Shown here: positions 62,183 to 64,000 of the stretch, piece by piece | Layout of the letters: each line of letters starts with the position of its first letter | Numbering within the stretch: the stretch's first letter is position 1 | Source: Podarcis cretensis | Taxonomy: Eukaryota | Direction of reading: 5' to 3' | Assembly (NCBI GenBank): GCA_951804945.1 | Contig: OX638154.1 | Span: 42,904,001-42,968,000 of the forward strand | Length of the DNA stretch: 64,000 nt | Program-made: the position numbers and the translations under genes | Notes under the pieces: model-generated | The model's database searches: none | The model's input: the letters and a program-made list of their open reading frames with translations, nothing else | What the model was told of the DNA's origin: nothing

Positions 62183-63976
62183 CCAGACTCCAGTACAGAG
62201 GCAGAAACAAAACAAAATATACCCTATGAATGAAAATTCTCAGAGCTGAGAAATGTGCAAATGCTTCAAATATATTTTATTATTTATTTTATTTATTAGA
62301 TTTATATCCCACCACTTATCCAAAGATCCCAGGGCAGTGATATAAATCAATTTTGAAAGCAAGTATTTCGCTGCTGATTTGTGTGAATTTTTGTATGCTT
62401 TCTGTTTGGTAAGACAGAAAACAGAGAGAGAAAAAAACATGAACTTGAGGACAGAACATGTTTGGCTTTCTGGAGACATTTTTTATTATCCCTGAGCACA
62501 ATCCTTGAATTCTGACTAGGCCGAAACAGAACTTTAGTGTATTGATTAATGACATGCTAAATACACACTGGGGATGACACAGAAGTCAGGGGAAACTGCT
62601 CTAGGAGCTGATTTTCTTAACCACATTAAAAACAGTTTGTTGGTTTTGTTTTGTAAGCAGAAAGACCTCATAAGATAGCAGCTACTTGGAACTCTCTGTT
62701 TCTAACTGACTGAGCAATAACTGGAAGTTCACAACTAGGGGTGCTTCCAGACAGGCTGCTCATTCAGAAAAATATATATGTTATCTCACACTTTCTAGTA
62801 CAATTACTCTGTTACTTTACTCACTGAAAAAGAAAAGTAATTGACAAGTGTTCTAGAAAGTATGGAGTAACAGCCACTATCTGGCAGCCTTGTAGAACCT
62901 CCATACAAACATATAAGCATGAATGCTCAATGAACACCTGGTCTAGAAGTTCCCTAGAGATGTCTAGAATGTATAGTGTGTACTTTGGATATGATTGGCT
63001 AGGAAGGTACCTGATGTGTTGCCCTATGCATGATCAGAATGTTACATGGCTTCTAATGCTTATGGGAAGCACATTTTTCACTTCCAAATGGTAGAAAAAT
63101 ATCTCTCAATAGCTCAACTTTAGAACATGAAATAGAACAGGTTAAAAAAATGTGCCAGTCCATAAGAACGGAGAATCTAAATTGTAATAAACGCAAAGAT
63201 CAAATTTATTTTTGCACATAATGTAAAGTCTTTGAAATGAAGACTTTTTTGGCTTTCAATTCAAGGCTAAGTACAAACTCATGATTTTGAATCAGGAAGA
63301 AGCCAATTAACATTCAAAAGATCAAAACAGGCTTTCTTCAAAATAGGGGATGAAGAATTGCTAAAATTGAACTTGGATTGGATTCCCTATTGAAAAAGAG
63401 CAATTAAAAAAATGCTTTGTCTCTCTGGTCTCCCTTCCTCATTCCCCCAGCCCTACCCCCCCTCCCAAGCAACCCTTCAAAACAAATAACAGAATTATTT
63501 TTTGGGTGGATTCTTGGAGGAAACCACAATTGGCACACTAATTTAAAACTGCTTAAATTTCAAGGAAAAGGCTAGTCTCCTTGTCTAAACTCTTTGAAGT
63601 GGGTGGAGAGGATATATACAACTGGTAATAATATTTTGGTTTCTGTATCTCAACAATGCCCTTACATCTGTACTTTATCACCCGCCCACCAACACAATTG
63701 CAAATACTTATTGTCTACATAATAATAGTCTTCAATGCCATTTTAGCAATTTCTGGGTGTTTCATGTCATCTCCATTGTGTAAAAGACAATGTAACCATC
63801 AGTCATCATTAGTGTTGGGTGTTAGCCACATTAATGTGATTGGGTTTGGGTTTTGCTCACTCTGTATTCCTTAAGTTGTCCCTGGACGGTTTCCGGGTAC
63901 ACTCTACTCCATTGCAGGCTGATTGCTGTGCTGTTTACAACTTTGAGTCTAATATCAGTGGGAGCGGCCTTAGGAT
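14506..63976 (-). CDS. NFASC: Neurofascin, 3' portion of spliced CDS (FN3-3 to C-terminus); the 5' exons lie beyond the right window edge
   Basis: Twelve exons with GT-AG borders join in frame. Peptides match neurofascin: [43 protein letters not shown] and the C-terminal NAIYSLA*. The PAT domain and YSLA terminus distinguish it from L1CAM, NRCAM and CHL1. Confidence 0.97.
15136..15807. mobile_element. Decayed Penelope-like element with inverted terminal arms and two hammerhead-ribozyme remnants
   Basis: Plus arm CTGATGA-agtgggctgtattccat-GAAA-cttacgc followed by aataaatatgttaatgtttaaggtatcaca. The mirrored minus arm at 15136-15208 ends GAAAGCTTATGCC. A minus-strand GLNGYNGFF peptide near 15410-15443 resembles PLE GIY-YIG C-termini. 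Confidence 0.72.
17026..17078. mobile_element. Half copy of the palindromic hAT-type MITE
   Basis: caggcataggcaaactcggccctccagatgttttgggactacaactcccatca; the second arm is missing. Confidence 0.7.
18222..18233 (-). CDS. NFASC: NFASC 12-nt RSLE microexon
   Basis: Extended pyrimidine tract, then catgaag|GTCTCTTGAAAG|gtagga; phase 2-2; yields DYRSLESDED, the L1-family YRSL endocytosis motif. Confidence 0.9.
22861..22930 (-). CDS. NFASC: NFASC cytoplasmic exon, 70 nt
   Basis: tcacag|TG CGA...TAC AG|gtatgt; [22 protein letters not shown]; phase 1 to 2. Confidence 0.95.
24266..24401. mobile_element. Palindromic hAT-type MITE, near-intact
   Basis: Perfect terminal arms CAGTGTTTCCCAACCTTGGGCCTCCAGCTGTTTTTG; 8-bp TSD GTCTAGAC/CTCTAGAC (7/8). 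Confidence 0.9.
24437..24468. repeat. (CA)n microsatellite
   Basis: Direct inspection. Confidence 0.95.
26085..26216 (-). CDS. NFASC: NFASC transmembrane exon, 132 nt
   Basis: tactag|CC TAT...CCA G|gtaaga; [43 protein letters not shown]. Confidence 0.97.
26595..26819 (-). mobile_element. L2-clade LINE 3' fragment with (TTA)n tail
   Basis: Minus-strand frame [14 protein letters not shown]...[10 protein letters not shown] is a typical L2 ORF2 C-terminus. Confidence 0.82.
32435..32562 (+). mobile_element. CR1-related 3' region fragment, diverged
   Basis: ggctattgccttcatgtcctgcttgtgagctttccagtagcatctggctg...gcaggatg; a similar remnant lies near 16230-16400. Confidence 0.5.
34343..34483 (-). 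CDS. NFASC: NFASC exon, fifth FNIII domain part 2, 141 nt
   Basis: tctcag|GT AAC...CCA G|gtgaga; [46 protein letters not shown], with the FNIII L.P...Y...V signature. Confidence 0.9.
36342..36461 (-). CDS. NFASC: NFASC exon, fifth FNIII domain part 1, 120 nt
   Basis: cgccag|CT GGT...AAC A|gtaagc; [39 protein letters not shown]. Confidence 0.92.
36840..36940. mobile_element. Internally deleted palindromic hAT-type MITE
   Basis: Arms caacctggtgccccctagatgttttg / caaaacatctggagggcaccaagttg. Confidence 0.7.
37515..37625. mobile_element. Short palindromic squamate repeat with an internally duplicated arm
   Basis: ggagtaagtccca occurs twice; perfect stem agtaagtcccattga / tcaatgggacttact. Confidence 0.6.
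38825..39049 (-). CDS. NFASC: NFASC PAT (Pro/Ala/Thr-rich mucin-like) exon, 225 nt, NF186-type cassette
   Basis: ctcccag|TT GTA ATC...TCT G|gtactg; [74 protein letters not shown]; phase 1-1. Confidence 0.92.
38878..38993 (-). repeat. Coding minisatellite within the PAT exon (three 18-nt EAPTTT units plus two 27-nt EATT..T units)
   Basis: GAAGCTCCAACCACCACA-type units are directly visible. Confidence 0.9.
40057..40290 (+). mobile_element. Older L2-clade LINE 3' fragment
   Basis: gtggcttcctgcttctggaatactctcccc...tgtgaaccaccctgtgatc...ggcggtatagaaattttataaataata. Confidence 0.65.
40346..40688 (+). mobile_element. Sauria SINE (Squam1) with a 13-bp target-site duplication
   Basis: Full-length body, (ACCTTT)n tail, TSD TAAAATACTAAAG at 40333-40345 and 40689-40701. 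Confidence 0.92.
48304..48493 (+). mobile_element. Squam2-type tRNA-derived SINE with CR1-like 3' end, diverged
   Basis: gttgtagctcaa...ggttcaatac head; tail gagctagatggaccaatggtctgactcagtataaggcaacttcctatgtt. Confidence 0.7.
48595..48664. repeat. (GA)n microsatellite
   Basis: Direct inspection. Confidence 0.95.
49981..50060 (+). mobile_element. CR1-type 3' tail fragment
   Basis: ggttggtcactgtaagaacaggatgctggactagatgggtccttggcctgatccagcaagcttttcttatgctctta. Confidence 0.7.
50182..50466 (-). promoter_or_regulatory. Cluster of RBFOX (T)GCATG motifs downstream of the 15-nt microexon
   Basis: GCATG/TGCATG on the sense strand at 50462-50466, 50404-50408, 50263-50267, 50255-50260 and 50182-50187. 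Confidence 0.6.
50496..50510 (-). CDS. NFASC: NFASC 15-nt microexon (V)LPTS, positional equivalent of the mammalian ATPTA mini-exon
   Basis: Long pyrimidine tract, then gctgcacactctgaag|TTCTTCCAACCTCAG|gtactg; phase 1-1; lies between FN3-4 and PAT. Confidence 0.8.
51776..51798. repeat. (TG)n microsatellite
   Basis: Direct inspection. Confidence 0.9.
53526..53768 (-). mobile_element. Squam3-type tRNA-derived CORE-like SINE, well preserved
   Basis: Reverse complement begins GAGCCAGTGTGGTGTAGTGGTTAAGAGCGG, has B box GGTTCGAGTC, a CORE-like ggtgaccttgggccagtcac segment and an L2-like tail ending atccaaactcttc. Confidence 0.85.
56091..56214. mobile_element. Diverged palindromic hAT-type MITE
   Basis: ctcccatcagccccagc...ggccaatggtcagggatgatgggag. 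Confidence 0.7.
57614..57651. repeat. (AAT)n microsatellite
   Basis: Direct inspection. Confidence 0.95.
57757..57930 (-). CDS. NFASC: NFASC exon, fourth FNIII domain part 2, 174 nt
   Basis: ctccag|TT AAT...GAA G|gtaagt; [57 protein letters not shown] (not in the ORF track). Confidence 0.95.
58659..58781 (-). CDS. NFASC: NFASC exon, fourth FNIII domain part 1, 123 nt
   Basis: ctgaag|CA CCC...GCC T|gtatgt; [40 protein letters not shown]. Confidence 0.96.
59148..59461. mobile_element. Tc1/mariner-superfamily (pogo/Tigger-like) MITE, CpG-rich
   Basis: TA on both flanks (59146-59147, 59462-59463); TIRs CAGTGGTTCCCCGCAAGATGAA / CAGTGGTGCCTCGCAAGACGAA; internal copies of CGCAAGACGAA and a GCCGCTAA tandem array. 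Confidence 0.88.
60221..60570 (+). mobile_element. Sauria SINE (Squam1)
   Basis: gggacacgggtggtgctgtggg...ggttcgaatccc...ctttaccttt; near-identical to the 40346 copy. Confidence 0.9.
61566..61770 (-). CDS. NFASC: NFASC exon, third FNIII domain part 2 (NF155-type cassette, contains RGD), 205 nt
   Basis: ttgaag|GCC TAC...GGA G|gtaggt; [68 protein letters not shown]; 116+205=321 nt, so the pair can be skipped in frame. Confidence 0.96.
62151..62181. repeat. (AT)n microsatellite
   Basis: Direct inspection. Confidence 0.95.
63808..63825 (-). promoter_or_regulatory. Bipartite Quaking response element (CTAAC-N7-ACTAAT) 36-53 nt downstream of the first FN3-3 exon
   Basis: Sense strand reads gCTAACacccaacACTAATg, matching the QKI core ACUAAY plus a half-site. 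Confidence 0.7.
63861..63976 (-). CDS. NFASC: NFASC exon, third FNIII domain part 1 (NF155-type cassette), 116 nt
   Basis: acttag|AT CCT AAG...TAC AGA|gtgagc; translates [38 protein letters not shown]; phase 1 to 0. Confidence 0.95.
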
Positions 63977-64000
63977 CTAAGTTGCCAAGAATAAAGCAAA

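Overview
Vertebrate (squamate, most likely lacertid lizard, judged from Sauria/Squam1, Squam2- and Squam3-type SINEs) genomic DNA carrying the 3' half of the neurofascin gene NFASC (L1-CAM family) on the minus strand. I reconstructed 12 coding exons with GT-AG boundaries and consistent phases, running from 63976 down to the stop at 14506: FN3-3 (two exons, NF155-type, with RGD), FN3-4 (two exons), a 15-nt microexon (VLPTS), a Thr-rich mucin-like PAT exon, FN3-5 (two exons), the transmembrane exon, a cytoplasmic exon, the 12-nt RSLE microexon and the last exon (FIGQY ankyrin-binding motif, YSLA C-terminus). A long 3'UTR probably extends to about 7450. The rest is intron or intergenic DNA with SINEs, L2/CR1 tails, hAT and Tc1/pogo MITEs, a decayed Penelope-like element with hammerhead-ribozyme remnants, and microsatellites. 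Nearly all ORFs in the supplied track are noise. The most interesting observations concern the splicing code: a candidate unannotated in-frame 66-nt cassette exon (54018-54083), a bipartite QKI element just behind the first NF155-specific exon, RBFOX clusters, four identical TGAAG acceptors and a transposon-derived candidate poison exon. I found no evidence of a wholly new biological system.
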